A stretch of 61,423 nt of DNA, filler included, from Jimgerdemannia flammicorona (taxonomy: Eukaryota): assembly GCA_003990765.1 (NCBI GenBank). It is 3 parts of 3 records of this genome, joined end to end, with 100 filler letters (N's around TTAATTAATTAA, not from the genome) between each part and the next. Parts side by side here need not be neighbours in the genome. Positions count along the whole stretch, not along the records: positions 1 to 20,411 come from RBNJ01001690.1; positions 20,512 to 40,921 come from RBNJ01001691.1; 1 more part is not named here. One strand, written 5' to 3'. The position numbers were made by a program, and so were the translations under genes. The notes under the pieces are model-generated. The model saw only the letters and a program-made list of their open reading frames with translations, had not been told where the DNA came from and made no database searches. Of the stretch, positions 11,049 through 23,500 are shown piece after piece (positions within the stretch are counted from its first letter, which is position 1; each line of letters opens with the position of its first letter).

Positions 11049-11780
11049 TTAGTGGGGTTGTGGTGCTGTATGACTTGGAGTTACTTGATTCCCGGATATT
11101 ATGTCAAAGAGTCCTGTGAGAGAGGGTAAACCAAACCTCTGTATAGGTAGCTGAGTTGGTTCTGGGGTCTGATCTTCTTGACCTGTGGTCCCTTGGTAAA
11201 TTCCTAGGCCTGCTGTTCCTCGTTGGCTATCATCAGACTGGTAACCTGTAGAGTCTTCATCTGACTCCCTTCTCTGATGAGATAGTGCATTCTCATACTG
11301 ACTAGGTCCTTCAAAGAGAATATCAGTCTCTGGCTGGATTGATGGGCCTGCTCCTTGTTCAGCAGTAGGGGATGGGTGGTCTGCTTGCTCATTCTCATAC
11401 CTAGTTATGGCAGAGGTGTAGTATATAACTAGCCTGTAGTAGAGGGAGGTCTTGGTTGGGGTATGATGATATCTGTCAGAGGCAATCCACTCGGCAGCTG
11501 CTTCTCTTGCAGCAGGGGGTGTGATATAATCTAGAAAATCCTGGGTAACTGTAGCAGTAGATTCTGGGGTCCTAGTAGTTCCAATGTGTCCTCGGAGAAG
11601 TTCATAGAACCTATGGTGGCTAACAATATTCCTAAGTCCTGGGTGGTATGTCCTAAAGGCCTGGTATAGATCCTTATAAGCCTGGTCAATTACAAGCTGG
11701 TGGGTTCTTGGGTCTGTGGTTTCCTGGTACCACCTGGTCCTAATGGCAAGGGCTTCTCTGGCTCTGGTTTGAGGATTCAC
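11049..11780 (-). CDS. Unknown ORF 5' of gag in element A (separate ORF or long gag N-terminal extension)
   Basis: 243 uninterrupted codons just downstream of the PBS, in frame with the following gag-like sequence across a single TAA. No recognisable domain; the start codon is uncertain. Confidence 0.5.
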   Translation of the reverse strand: MNPQTRAREALAIRTRWYQETTDPRTHQLVIDQAYKDLYQAFRTYHPGLRNIVSHHRFYELLRGHIGTTRTPESTATVTQDFLDYITPPAAREAAAEWIASDRYHHTPTKTSLYYRLVIYYTSAITRYENEQADHPSPTAEQGAGPSIQPETDILFEGPSQYENALSHQRRESDEDSTGYQSDDSQRGTAGLGIYQGTTGQEDQTPEPTQLPIQRFGLPSLTGLFDIISGNQVTPSHTAPQPH

Positions 11781-11867
11781 AGTTGTTTCTGAGGGTTACT
11801 CCTGTCCAAGGTTGGTCTTGTTCCAACTTCAGGAGTGTGTTCTTTGGTGCCTTCTTGGCAGGTAATT

Positions 11868-11878
11868 TGCTGCTACCA
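11868..11878 (-). other. Primer-binding site of element A (tRNA-iMet-like)
   Basis: TGGTAGCAGC begins 3 nt (ACT) after the 5' LTR. The tRNA assignment is tentative. Confidence 0.65.
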
Positions 11879-11881
11879 AGT

Positions 11882-12702
11882 TGTAATAACTCTCACTTCT
11901 ATCCCTCTCTTATCCTTAGGATAATTAGGGAAGTAGACTATTACTTAGAGACTTAGTACACAATGTGTACCAAGAAGCCTTCAGTTTGAGGAAGCACTCG
12001 CTTATAAGTAGTTATAGTGGCAGTACCTTATCTTTCAAAGATCTTTTTCTGGTTTGCCTTCTGTTTCAAAGGTCTTTCTCTTGTGCCCTATTTCGAGGGT
12101 CTTGTTCTTTGCTGTGTACAGACTGAATTCACCTTGGAATTCAGGTTCAATGGGTTTACTTAAGTCTTTGGGAATTTATATACTGGTCTCAGTTCTGGCA
12201 GAAGTTAGCTAGGCTTCTGGAGTTTAGTCAGAAACACTAGAGTCACTTAGATGTCATTACTAAAACTCAGGGGAATGTATGTGTATGAGGGGGGACTTGA
12301 TTCTTGTATCAAGAACTGAACTAAAACTGCTTTATTTTGGATAGAAACTGGGGGGTATTTATACAAGTTGGTCTGCAATTTCTGACTAAGTATGAGTGAC
12401 TAATTTGGTAACTATAATGAGGTTTGTGATCATGACCTTTGTCAGGTGGTTTTTGGTAAAGAATATCTTTGTGATCAGGACCTTAATTACTAGGCAATGA
12501 TCAGCAGCTGTGGCAACTGTTGCTGTGGCACCAGTTGTCAGGGATAAGCTAAATATCATTTTCCACATTGTTCGTTTGCATTGTTCATTTGTTCGTCACT
12601 CATTATTCATATGCTGTGCTCGATTGTATGATGACATCATCCCAGGTCACATGATCATTCATCTTGTTATATCTCATCTGTTCGCTTATTCATTCTATTA
12701 CA
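11882..12702 (-). repeat. 5' LTR of element A
   Basis: Direct repeat of 3517-4338, differing mostly by transitions. Confidence 0.95.
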
Positions 12703-13103
12703 CCCATCTTCCTAGCCCTGCTATCAGTAGTTATATCTGGATTTTTTCCAGATTGCTAGTTACCACTCTATCAGCAGTCATAATTACCTCCAGTCACTAT
12801 ACTACTGGCCCTTCTACCAGATACCTTCAAGAGAGCCCCTTCTGGCCCCCCAGCAGCAGCCTTCTCTTTACCACTCTGTAGCCATCCATCCAGTTCAGCT
12901 ACCAGATTCTCCTGCTTGACCTTCTCAGCAAAGCTCATCCAATTTTCCTCTAGCTATATCTTGCCCCCTCCTCTACTACTGCTGACCCCCCTTCTATCTC
13001 TCAAAGTGCTCAGTATCCCCAACCCTGCTCTCTGACCCCTCCCCACATACTGCCAGCTGAATGCACTGAGGCTACTCTGCTCAGTACACTCTATAGAGCT
13101 CTG
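12703..13103 (-). mobile_element. L1/Tx1-like LINE fragment (ORF1 5' part), right half of the copy split by element A
   Basis: The reverse complement matches ~35150-35560 and joins 3516 seamlessly across the CCCAT TSD. Confidence 0.85.
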
Positions 13104-13109
13104 ATTCAA

Positions 13110-15382
13110 GAATATATTCTTAAGATATTTCTTTAAAGAACAGTGTAAAAGTAGGTGATATATATTTATATAATGTGAGGTATATTAGAAAGAGGTCACA
13201 GCTGATGTAGGTCTATCAAGAGATATAAGCAAAGATATAAATATTAGATGAGACATCAGGTTTCAAAGGTAAAGAACCAACAGCAGACTCCTCTACTATA
13301 GTCAAGAAGACTCACTTCAAGTTACTGCTATCTAAACTCTATAATAAAAGAAGTGACAATGTTAAAACCTGGCTCTTCAATATGAATCAGTATTTAGTAA
13401 TAATAGATGTATCAAATGATAAGTCAGTTGCTTATACAAGAGTACTACTATAAGGAGATATAGCTATTTGGTAAAAAATGAAATTCTAAGTAATTAGAGA
13501 TAAGAAGGAAGACCTCCCAGATTGGGATGAGTTTCAAGAATAACTTATATAGCATTTTAAGTCCATTAATTTAAAAAAGATAGCTAGAGACAAATTGGCA
13601 TCTCTGCAATAAACAGAATTAGTTAAGATCTATACTGCTATCTTTATAAGTATAGTCTTGGAGATTGATGATATCAGCAAAGCTGAAAAGCTTGACAGAT
13701 ATATGCAAGAACTCAAAGATTGCACCAGGTGGAAAGTAGAACTATGAGATCTAAATATTATTAAAGAAGTAATATTAATTGCTAACTACTTTAATATAAT
13801 CTCTTTTAGAAAAAACCATTTCTTCAAATCAATCAAAAAGCCCCAACAAGGATCTCAAAAAGGTTATATGATCTGCTCTAATAGATTTAAATACTATTAC
13901 TAAATCAAGACTTATACTAGAAGAAAAGAAAAAATTATATAACAGCAAAGTCTACTTCTAGTATTAAGAAGGACACATTGTTACCAAATATCCAAAGAAG
14001 ACCAAGAATAAGACAAAAACAAAGAAGACTCTGGCTATTACTAAGAAGAAAATAATAATATCTGATAGTCCAAAAACTATATTCTGATATCATTATACTG
14101 GAAGTAAAAATCTCAAGAGCAATTGGATTCAATCTAGTAACTATTCAAGATAAAATAATCTCTACAAGATAGTGACAACTTATAGCCATTAGATTAATAC
14201 TATATTGATATAGATATAGGGGTAATTGACACAGATTATTATAGAGAGATCAAAGTACTTCTGATCAATAATGATATATAACTCTCTGAAATTAAGAATT
14301 AAGACCAAGTTATATACCTAATTCTAGAATAAGCCATATATTGATAATTAAGAAAGTTATATATCTAGAAGAAACTACTTAGGGTACTGAAGAATTTAGA
14401 AGTACTAGAAGTATAAGCTATAATGAGAATATTAGTATGTATTATCAACACTAGCCTACTACTATTCAAAAGAAAAGTCAAAAGATAGAAAATAGATATT
14501 CTTATTGATAGTGATATATCTGATAATTTCATTAGTAAAGAGTTAGTAAAGAAACTAAAGATCATCTCTATCAGTCTACTGTAATAAGTAGAGTTTAAGA
14601 TTTTTATAACTGATGAAAAAGAATATTAAGTTTACAGAATAGCAGCCAAGTTACTCTATATAATATAAGAGTATTTCAAAAAATTAAATCTCTATAAGGT
14701 ATCTCTAAGAATACTATATTATTCTGGAAAAACTCTAATTAGTACTCTATAACTCTGATATAGATTGGAGAGAAAACAAGCTCATACTAAATAAAAAAGA
14801 AAAGAAGTTATACTAGAAGTAAAGAAGTTTACAAAAGTATCAGTAGAAATCATTTGTATAATCCAATTCAAGAAACTTTTCAAAAAGCATAAGTAAGTAT
14901 TCCTGATAATTATATGACTCTCTAAGTTAGAAATAGGAAAAGATCTCTTAAAGACAGTTCAACCTCTGATTTAAGAATTCAAAGACATTTTTCTAAATAA
15001 TCTGCCTATAAGACTACTATTTAAAAGAAGTATATATGTATCATGAAATTGAAATTCTCCCAAGCTCTGAACCTCTACATAAGTTACTATATTATATATC
15101 ACAATCTGAACTAGAACTTCTTCAAAAGGAACTAAAATACAAGGATATATTCAATTAAGCAAATTACTCTATAGTATACTAATTATTTTTATTAAGTAAA
15201 AGAGTAGCACTATGTAAATATATATTGACTCTCAACAAGATTACTATCAAGAACTAGTATCTACTATTAAGAATAGATGAAATGTTTGACAGACTTCTAC
15301 ATACTAAAGTCTTTTCCAAATTGGCCCTTTATACTAGTTATTATCTAGTCTATATTAAGAAAGAAGATGATTCCAAAACTGT
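13110..15382 (+). mobile_element. Heavily decayed Ty3/Gypsy fragment B (gag-NC-dUTPase-PR-RT N-terminus)
   Basis: Retrotrans_gag-like KTWLFNMNQYL...DWDEFQE...ARDKLASL; knuckle remnant at ~13950-14000; PR ILIDSDISDNFIS (~14500); RT start LRIDEMFDRL...KKEDDSKT. Cut by the LTR of C' at 15383. Confidence 0.8.
14062..14413 (+). pseudogene. dut: dUTPase domain of element B
   Basis: AIGFNL (motif 1), GVIDTDYYREIKVLLIN (motif 3), DQVIYLI (motif 4), EETT*GTEEFRSTR (motif 5). Motif 2 is lost in a frameshifting deletion near 14200. Confidence 0.8.
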
Positions 15383-15623
15383 GGTAATGGTGACCCCAGA
15401 ATGATGACATCAGCATAGAAGACAGCCTTTCCTTACAAGCCACCAGATTGGAGTACAAGAAGATTATATGATATACAAAATGAGCAATGATGACCAACTG
15501 TGAGTCATTATGACCACAGTATAAGCATCTTGAGGAATTTAAAGAAGGATCAAGGAACTGTAGTAGCAGTAACCAATAAGACCCACCAATCCCAAAATAG
15601 CTTAAAGACTTACTACAAACAAA

Positions 15624-16817
15624 ATGTCTGCTGCCTGCCAAACCTTAAGGTCAAGAAACCACTAAGGCATCTCAGTCAAAGAAAGAATGTTCCAAGACAT
15701 CAGAAGAGCTATGAGGACCTGCTCAAGAAGGACTCCTAGTATCAACCTGGGTACTAGTAACCCTTATCATTATATCCTCTACCACTATGAAATAGAAACA
15801 AGAATCACCATTACTACTAAATGCCTCCAAATATAGCAGAAGTATGAAATAGGAAACCTTCTCTACCAGGAGTTCCTACAGGCCAACACTCAAGAGCTAC
15901 AAGATGCTACTCTCATAGATATATATGAAACAAGAACAGCTAAGAAGATCTTTTTTTTTTTTTTTTTTTTTTTTTTATTTTTTTATTTTTATAGTTACTT
16001 GGACTCTTTCTTTATTACACCCATCTATCTCATATAAGTACATTGCACCCACCCCCTATCCGATCCCCCTAGGGGCCCCCCCCCTCCCTACCCCTACTTG
16101 ATGAAAGACCACTCTGTCTAATACAATCTCCACCCTTCCACCACTCTGCTCACAGATCCTTGCTACCAAACCTTGATGTCATCTCCCTGAAGGACTTCAA
16201 CCTATCTACCATCCAGTCATCAGATCTCCCAATAACTCCTCCCACCTTAAAACCTTCTCCTGCAGTCTTATCTGCTATCTCTCCTCAAATATAAAAAGCC
16301 AATATTCCACCAACAGCTAAGAAGATCCATCAGATCTTCAGGCATACACTATGGTCAATCCCTAACTTGGAGTATGTTAGAGTCTCAGACTTCAGAGATC
16401 TGTCATCTTACTGTATCAATGTACTAGAAGCCAGGGTGGCTACAGAAGCCCAGTCCACTATCACTCTCAATAGTAATGAAGTAGAAGACTTCTAGTACTC
16501 CATCCTCCAAGACAACCCAGACCAATTCCTGCAAGGATTGATCTCAGTATTCCAAGGCCCAAGCATCCAGGTTAGACCTTCCCAAGACCCCACATTTGTC
16601 TCCTATTTTGTGGAAGAGAACCTCATAGACTGGGGAGCTCTAGATCTCTTTGTTCCTGCCATTACTGAATGTGATGATGTCATCAGCAATGACATCATCC
16701 CACATGACCTATGCAATCTTGATAAAACATTCACAGACCTCATCTCCTTTAAAGATATGTATCCTGATCTCTGATAACAAGGATGAAGTCTCCATGGTCT
16801 TGAACATTCTACTCTAA
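15624..16817 (+). pseudogene. LTR-embedded accessory ORF of C', disrupted by a LINE insertion
   Basis: Same ORF as 54829-55647, split at AKKI by the 15951-16311 insertion. Confidence 0.75.
15951..16311 (-). mobile_element. 5'-truncated L1/Tx1-like LINE insertion with poly(A) and 16-bp TSD
   Basis: A poly(T) run then tatagttacttggactc (reverse complement of the family 3' end). Flanked by AACAGCTAAGAAGATC at 15935-15950 and 16312-16327; the other C LTRs have this site only once. Confidence 0.93.
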
Positions 16818-16834
16818 GTCTCTTGTATACTAGA

Positions 16835-16985
16835 TAATACCAGCACTAATATTCTGAGGTGACGCAGAATTGTTCTAGCACTGGTATTTTGATGTAATAC
16901 TAAATAATACCAGTACCAGTATTCTGATGTGATACTGAATTATACTAGCATTCTGAACATATACAACCATCAGTACTGACTCTGG
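16835..16985 (+). repeat. Degenerate ~35-bp tandem repeats in U3 of family-C LTR (also 55665-55815, 60730-60880)
   Basis: About four units like taataccagcacYRgtattYtgaKgtRaYac lie upstream of the LTR TATA/AATAAA. Confidence 0.7.
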
Positions 16986-19236
16986 AACTTAGTAGTTTTA
17001 GTTATTGGAATTTATATTTAGCTTTATATCTTAGCAACTATGAATTATATTTTGTAAAAATACCTCTCTTATTTCCTCTGAAATAAAGTCAGTTCTATCC
17101 AGTTTACTTATATACTTCCTTGCAAGCAATCTAAGAGATAATAAGACAGTTTAAAGATAAGAAGTTTGAGGACTATAAGACCTTGAGAAGGCACTCCAAT
17201 AAGAACTTGCTTATAACAAACTTGAGTTAGTCTAAGAGATATACCTTAAAGAGAATCTGATATATTTGAAGGACTCAGCAACTACTACATGACAACTTGG
17301 TGCCCATTGGCTGATGATTCAAGACAAATCCCTCACTTTTAAGCTGAAAAACGAACAACCCCCATAATAACTACTCTGACTACAAGAGTCACTCCTGCAA
17401 GAATTCAAGATAAGATAGAAATGCATCTCCCCACATTCTATGGATATACTACTGAAGAGTCAATCCTGACCTTCATTGAAGACTTTGAACAATTCACTGC
17501 CATATGAGCCCTTGGTGTGGATGCACAATTGGCCCTTCTACCAGTTAGTCTCAGAGGATCTGCTAGAGACAAGTTCAATGCAGCCACCATTGCTGATACT
17601 GGTGTAGCCAAATTTGCCAACATAAAGGTCTTCTTCAGAACAATATACTATACTGAAGAGATCAAGCAAGCTCTCAAGGATTAACTCAATACTATCTACC
17701 AGGGACTTAGTGAAGATCTCAACTCATTCTATACCCAAATCTGCTACCAGATTGTCTTGGCTGGCTATAATGACCATCTCAAGGAACAAATAGCAGATTC
17801 AACCTTCCTCAAAGAAGTTCACTCTGAAATTGCCCTAGCAATCCAGTCTACCCTAGCTGCACTGACCCTTGATCAGAAAGTAGTCTTTGCACAGAGATAT
17901 TGGACTGCCAAACACTCTACTGAATACTCAATGGAGAAAATAACTGGCATCAAGATGGAGCCATCAAAGCCAACTAGTATTATATCCACCACAGTTGTAA
18001 ACAGACAACTAACCCCACCTACCCCCAAGACAGCCAAAGCTGACCCAGTGGAAGAACTTGCCAAGCAGTTCACTGAGATAACTGCACACCTTGGTGATAT
18101 TGTTAGAGAAGTCTGAAGTGCCAACAGAAGACCAGTGCAGAGATTTGCAGCTGCTATAGAAGAACACAATATCATATACTTCAGATGTGGAGAAGAAGGC
18201 CACTATGCAAAGAGTTGTATGACTGAAATAAGATACAAAGCCCAACCAAGCAATGCTAGCAAAACCAGAGAACAAACCAATACAGTAGTCATCAAGGAGA
18301 TTGGTGACACTGATGATGAAGAATACTACAAGGAGCTTGAATTCTACCCTGCTACTGAAGGTACCAGAACCTGGTCCAAGCCCTATGACAAGAAGAGTAA
18401 CAGCAAGCCAGTTGGAAGACCAAAGAAGACCCCAGCTATCACTATTCAAAGCAAGATCCAATCTGAGAAGATTGATCAAGACATGGAGTTAGATGAAGCT
18501 GCTCACCAAATCATTGAAAACACTACTCTAGTCTCAGGAGAAAGTGAAAGCAAGAAGAAACAGAAGCTGTACAAGACCAAGATCCACCAGTATGATATCT
18601 ACAAGGATCTCAAGGAACAGAAGGTCAATGCTACTTTTGGACAACTAGCTGAGGTCCCTGCCTTTAGACAGCTGTTGAGAGTAGGACTTGCAACTACTGC
18701 TAAGAATCAAGAGTATAAGATTGTAGAAGCTCACAATATATAGGAAGAATCTGAGAACTCAGGTGAAGAATCTGAAGACCAGTACAAGATATCAGCCTAT
18801 ATCTCATATTAGATCGAAGACTGTATCTTTGATGCCATCATTGATACTAGTGCTAGAGGATATCTCATGAGCAAGAAGGCAATTGACTGCCTAGGTTGGG
18901 ACATTGAAGAGTCCACCAAGATGGTCTATATTACAGCAGATAGTACATGAGCTACCCCCCTTGGCAAAATCCGAGAAGTCCCCATTAACATAGGAGGAGT
19001 AGATATGATTGTTACAAGTACCACCAACTATGACATCCTCATTGGCAACCAATGGCTTCACAAGGCCAAGGCTATCATTGATCTCAATGCCCAGAAGATG
19101 CAGATCAACTATAGAGGAAGAAAGATATGAGTCTCTATCAATGTCCACAAAGGAGTTCTACCAGACATAGAGGAAGGAGATGAGGAGGACACAGAAGTCC
19201 TCATACAATTGGTGAACAAGAACAAGAATAAGACAC

Positions 19237-20410
19237 TCCATGCTGGCTCCTTTCTCCACTATCTTACTGGTCACAAGGTTTGGTAGGCAATCTTCTGAGT
19301 TCCCTTTCCCCTATTTTTACCCTCTCTACCTTGGGTTGGTTTGCTGTGCCTGCATGGGCATAGTGGGAGAAGGGCAATGGTGATGAGTTGCCCCTTTATT
19401 GGTGTTGGATTGGTGTCTTCTCCACTTTTTTGCAGTTTCTGGTATCTTCAGCTACATCTGGAGTGCATCCATTTTAGTGTGGCATCTTCTTCCTTTTGCT
19501 GTCATCAATAAGGTACTGTCTAGGTGTGTCTTAGGCTACATAGGGAGTTGGCTGACCTTGGGCATCAAGTGCTCAGTATAGGTTACCTGCAGGTCCTTAG
19601 TGCCTATGGTGGGACCCTCTGGCTTTGGCAAGCTTCCCGGTGAGCATGGTTCTGGTGTAGGTGACTGTTTTTTCAAGTGATGTCAGGATGGGAGGAGAGA
19701 TGGCCATTACAGATAGGAGGAAGGGCGATTACAGTGAACCAGTGGAGTGCCAGGCTGGGGGCAGTCATTAGGGCTGGGGCAGATAATATTTCAGTGGGGC
19801 CTTTTGATTGGCTGGTGGGGGGTGGGGTGGTGCAGGGACTGGTGTTCTGGCTGTACCCAACTGGAACTGGGAGCTGACATGGCAATACAATTGAGGCCTG
19901 CAGACTTGGGGAGTGGGGCCTTCCTCATTTGGCAGTACCTGACTGGAACTGGGAGCTGACATGGCAATGTGATCAAGGCCCATAGGCTCGGGGAGTGGGA
20001 GTGGGGTCTCTTTAGGCCCTAGCCTATGTGTAAGTTCTTTGAGGAAGATGCTGTATGTAAGTTCTTTACTCACCCACCTTGAATCTACTTTGCTCTCTGT
20101 TGGTTGGTTGGGGGGTTTTTTCTTTACCTTGGGCTTTCTTTTGGGATTCGGGGGGCTATTCTTTATTTAGTCCCAGCACTGCTAGATCCAATGTATAGGT
20201 GTGCTCTTACATGTAAACAATGATCCAGCCCTGGTGAGGGTCAATGTAGCCAGTGTTCAACAGGCATAGCTGGAGCAGTGGGACTGCTGGACAATTTAGT
20301 AGCCTAGGTTAATGAGGGGATATTGTTCAGTGGGTGGTGGGGGAGAGTTTTGGCCTATATAGTCTAGGTTCCCTTCCAATAAAAATCCGCAGGACATTGA
20401 GTCCATTAAA
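19237..20410. repeat. Unclassified interspersed repeat (further copies at 30042-30995 and 30996-31800)
   Basis: Colinear homology among three copies; internal ~80-bp duplication (ctggaactgggagctgacatggcaat at 19861 and 19943). No recognisable protein. Confidence 0.75.
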
Positions 20411-20511
20411 ANNNNNNNNNNNNNNNNNNNNNNNNNNNNNNNNNNNNNNNNNNNNTTAATTAATTAANNNNNNNNNNNNNNNNNNNNNNNNNNNNNNNNN
20501 NNNNNNNNNNN
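20411..20511. other. Assembly gap with TTAATTAATTAA spacer
   Basis: N-runs around the same linker as at 40922-41021. Confidence 0.95.
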
Positions 20512-20561
<50 letters not shown>

Positions 20562-20563
<2 letters not shown>

Positions 20564-23500
20564 CCACCACATTGCAGTCTGGTGCACCACCAAAGGAGGT
20601 AACTCCCTTGGCTGTGCCTCCAGCCACTAAAGCTGCACCCCCTAAAAAGGGCAAGGCCAAGGCTCCTGGGCCAGCACCCTAGGTTACATCTGTGGGTCCC
20701 AGCACTGCTAGCCCATCTTCATCCCCAACTTTGACCCCTGCACCTCTCAAATCGTACACTGCCACTGCCAAGAAGGTCTCTATCAAAGATAGGACCCAGA
20801 CCTACCCTAAGATGGAAAGGGCAGCTGCTGCTGCTGCCCTTTCATATATGACCCACAAGCTGACCTCTCATTTGTCACCAACTGAGAAGGGTGCTAGGCT
20901 GCAGTATGTTTACATTGACAGGTTTGCCCATCTTAAGATTGGGCAGATCTGGAAGAACCTGTACGATATCTATGTGATGTTGTCAAAAGTTCTCAACATA
21001 TTGTAAGTCTCAGCATTGACCATCAAATTCCTTCTCTACTCTAATTATGTCATGGCATTCCAAAAGAAGATGAAGGTGCTTGAGTTCTTGGTGCTGTCAG
21101 CCTGGGACCCTGTGCTCTCCCACAACAAGAATGCCATGAAGGCTGTGAAGACATGGGTCCTCCAATCATTCCATGCTCAGGTCCGACAGTTGGCTGGCAA
21201 TGTCACTGCAAAGTGGCCTGAGGTGCAGACCTTCTACAGAGCTTGGGCTGCAGAACTTGGCCTCACTCTCCCCTCCTCCACCTCAACATCAGCTGGCCCT
21301 GCTTTGAAGGCAGGTGGTACTGTAGCTGTGATGGGTGAAATAGCAATGGATTTGGAAGCTGAAGCTTTCTCTTTGAGTGCTTCCCACATTGTTGGTGCTA
21401 ACATGCCTGGTCCCCAATAAGAGTTGGGTTCCTCAATGCATATGGACTACCCCAGGACAAGTTTGATGTGCTCAGTTGGTTGATTGGTCCTGCCCTCAAT
21501 GTTCTTTTCATATGTGAAACGTGGCACATCCCACTGCATCTCTCTCCACTCATTCACATGTCCTCCCCTCTGACATCGCACAGGATCGTGGGTTACCAGA
21601 ATGGTGGCCTTGTGGTTCTTGTGTCAAACTGTTTCACCCTCCTTATTTCCAGGTCCTCCACTGACTCCTTCCATATCTGACTCATGTTCCAGGGCCTGGC
21701 AGTGGTTGGGGTTTATGCTCCCCCCTCTCTTCCTATTGGTGGCTTCCATGATCTTGTATCTGGACCCTTCCCAGGTAAGGCTCTTTTGATCAGTGACATT
21801 AATACCTGCTTCAGTGCCTGCCTTGGTGACATCAACTCTGGCCCCAATGACCAGATGTATGTCATTGACACCTCCTTAATGATGTGGTCATTGAACCACC
21901 TGACCCCAGTGGCTGGATCCACATGTGTTGATCATGCATTTGCCACCACATCCCTCCATGCATCCCTCACTTGCTCTACCCCTCTTGTCACTACCGACCA
22001 CCCCTCCCTCCTCACCATCTCCTTCCCCTTCTCCCCCTCACTAATTGCTGCCTTGGCAGGTATCCGTCATTACTCTGTGAGATATCTGACTGATCTGGTC
22101 ATTCAAGCCCACCTTCGGGAATCAGCAGATATCATTTGCGATATCATTGTCAGGTCCATCTACTCTATCAGAGACCATATTGCTGGCTTTCGCTCTGTGG
22201 AAGATCGCCAGCAGTTTGTGGATTCTCTTGATGCCCTTTTGACCTCTGGTCTACAGTCAGTCTGTGAGAACATTCTGGGCTTGTATGATGCAAAAGAGAT
22301 CAGAGTGGTGCTGCTCCCTCAGTGGGACCTTCTTTGCAGTACATCTTCAGTCTTAGATGCCATTCATGGCTTTAAGTGAGCATACCGCTCTACTCCCCTC
22401 GCACTCCTCCAATCTCACTCCCCCAATGTCCTAGTGTTCGACGATATAGTTGCTCACTTCACCACTATCTTTGGCCAACTGGATGCATATCTCCACCTCA
22501 ATGACTCCGAGGATGTCTTCTCCCTTGGCATGGGTGCTCTTGGACTGCAGTCTTAGTTTGACCAGCCTGCAGTTTGGAGGGCTATCTGCAGCTACCCCCT
22601 CTCAAAGGCATATAGAGCTGACTCCTTACATGTCTGGATCCTTCAGGTGATGGCAGGTGAGAAGTATACCCCCTGTAGCCTGTCAAAAGCCCTGTCCTTT
22701 TTCTTCCAGATGTGCATGGTTTGGGGACTCACTCCCAACTGCTGAAACTCCACCATTATCACCCCAGTCTCTAAGAAGGAGGAATCATATATGATTGATA
22801 GATTTCACTCCATTGCTCTAACTGAAATATTTCATAGACTCTGCGAGCAGTGTTTGGAAGGTTATGTCAAGACCCACAGTGGTCTGACAGAAATGTCACA
22901 CTGCCAGGGTGGCTTCCGAACCTGCTTCTCATCCCTCTCCCATATCTTGTTATTGCATAAGATGTAGGCCAAGGGATGGGGCTGCTGTGTCTTTCTTGAC
23001 CCCAGCAGACATATGATCGAGTCCCCCTCAAGCTTATTCTTCCTCATCTTGAGGCGTGAGGTGCTGATGCAGCCCTCCTTAGCATTATCCGAAGCCTGTT
23101 CAATTACTGTTCTTATCAGAGGGTTGTCAATGGCCTCATCACCCCTTCAGTCCCCACTGAGTGTGGCCTTTTTCAGGGCTCCCTCCTCTCTCCTTGGCTC
23201 TTTGATATCTTTATCGACCCCCTTGCCACCTCCTTTGATAAGTAGTTCAAGGAGTATGACTTTCCCCTCAGGCTCTTCTTTGCTGATGATATCACCCTCA
23301 CCTCCTGCACTGCTGCAGAAGGGCAGAGGATGGTTGACTTTTGTAAAGATTGGCTTCAGGCAAATGGTATGGAGCTCAACCCCAAGAAGTGCTGTTATGT
23401 TGGCCCTGCTGACTGTACCATACAGATTGGGGGTGAACCCTGCCCACAGCCCCCCTCCTAAGTGTACCTGGGTGTGCTGTACACTAATAAAGGGTTTGAC

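Larger units (their letters stand above)
3517..12702 (-). mobile_element. Full-length Ty3/Gypsy (chromovirus-type) LTR retrotransposon A with dUTPase and 3' accessory ORF, decayed
   Basis: Two ~820-bp TG...CA LTRs, a 5-bp TSD CCCAT (3512-3516 and 12703-12707), PBS and PPT. Domain order is gag-NC-dUTPase-PR-RT-RH-IN-chromodomain-extra ORF. Confidence 0.95.
15383..19236 (+). mobile_element. Truncated copy C' of Gypsy family C (5' LTR, PBS, gag, protease)
   Basis: Colinear with 54587-58075. LTR 15383-17294, PBS TGGTGCCC at 17298, gag with FRCGEEGHYAKSC knuckle, PR AIIDTSARGYLMS. Confidence 0.92.

Noticed and set aside
16835..16985. Spaced ~35-bp partly palindromic repeats resembling a CRISPR array
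   Set aside because: Degenerate tandem units without unique spacers, inside a eukaryotic LTR, with no cas genes.
20456..20467. TTAATTAATTAA palindrome within N-runs (also at ~40966)
   Set aside because: Identical linker in both gaps; it is a scaffolding artefact. ORFs running into it are spurious.
20512..20562. Poly(A) at the gap edge as a feature of the telomere-like LINE
   Set aside because: It lies inside ORF1 at an AAAG site that is uninterrupted in copy 2. Probably the tail of an L1 insertion hidden in the gap; cannot be verified.
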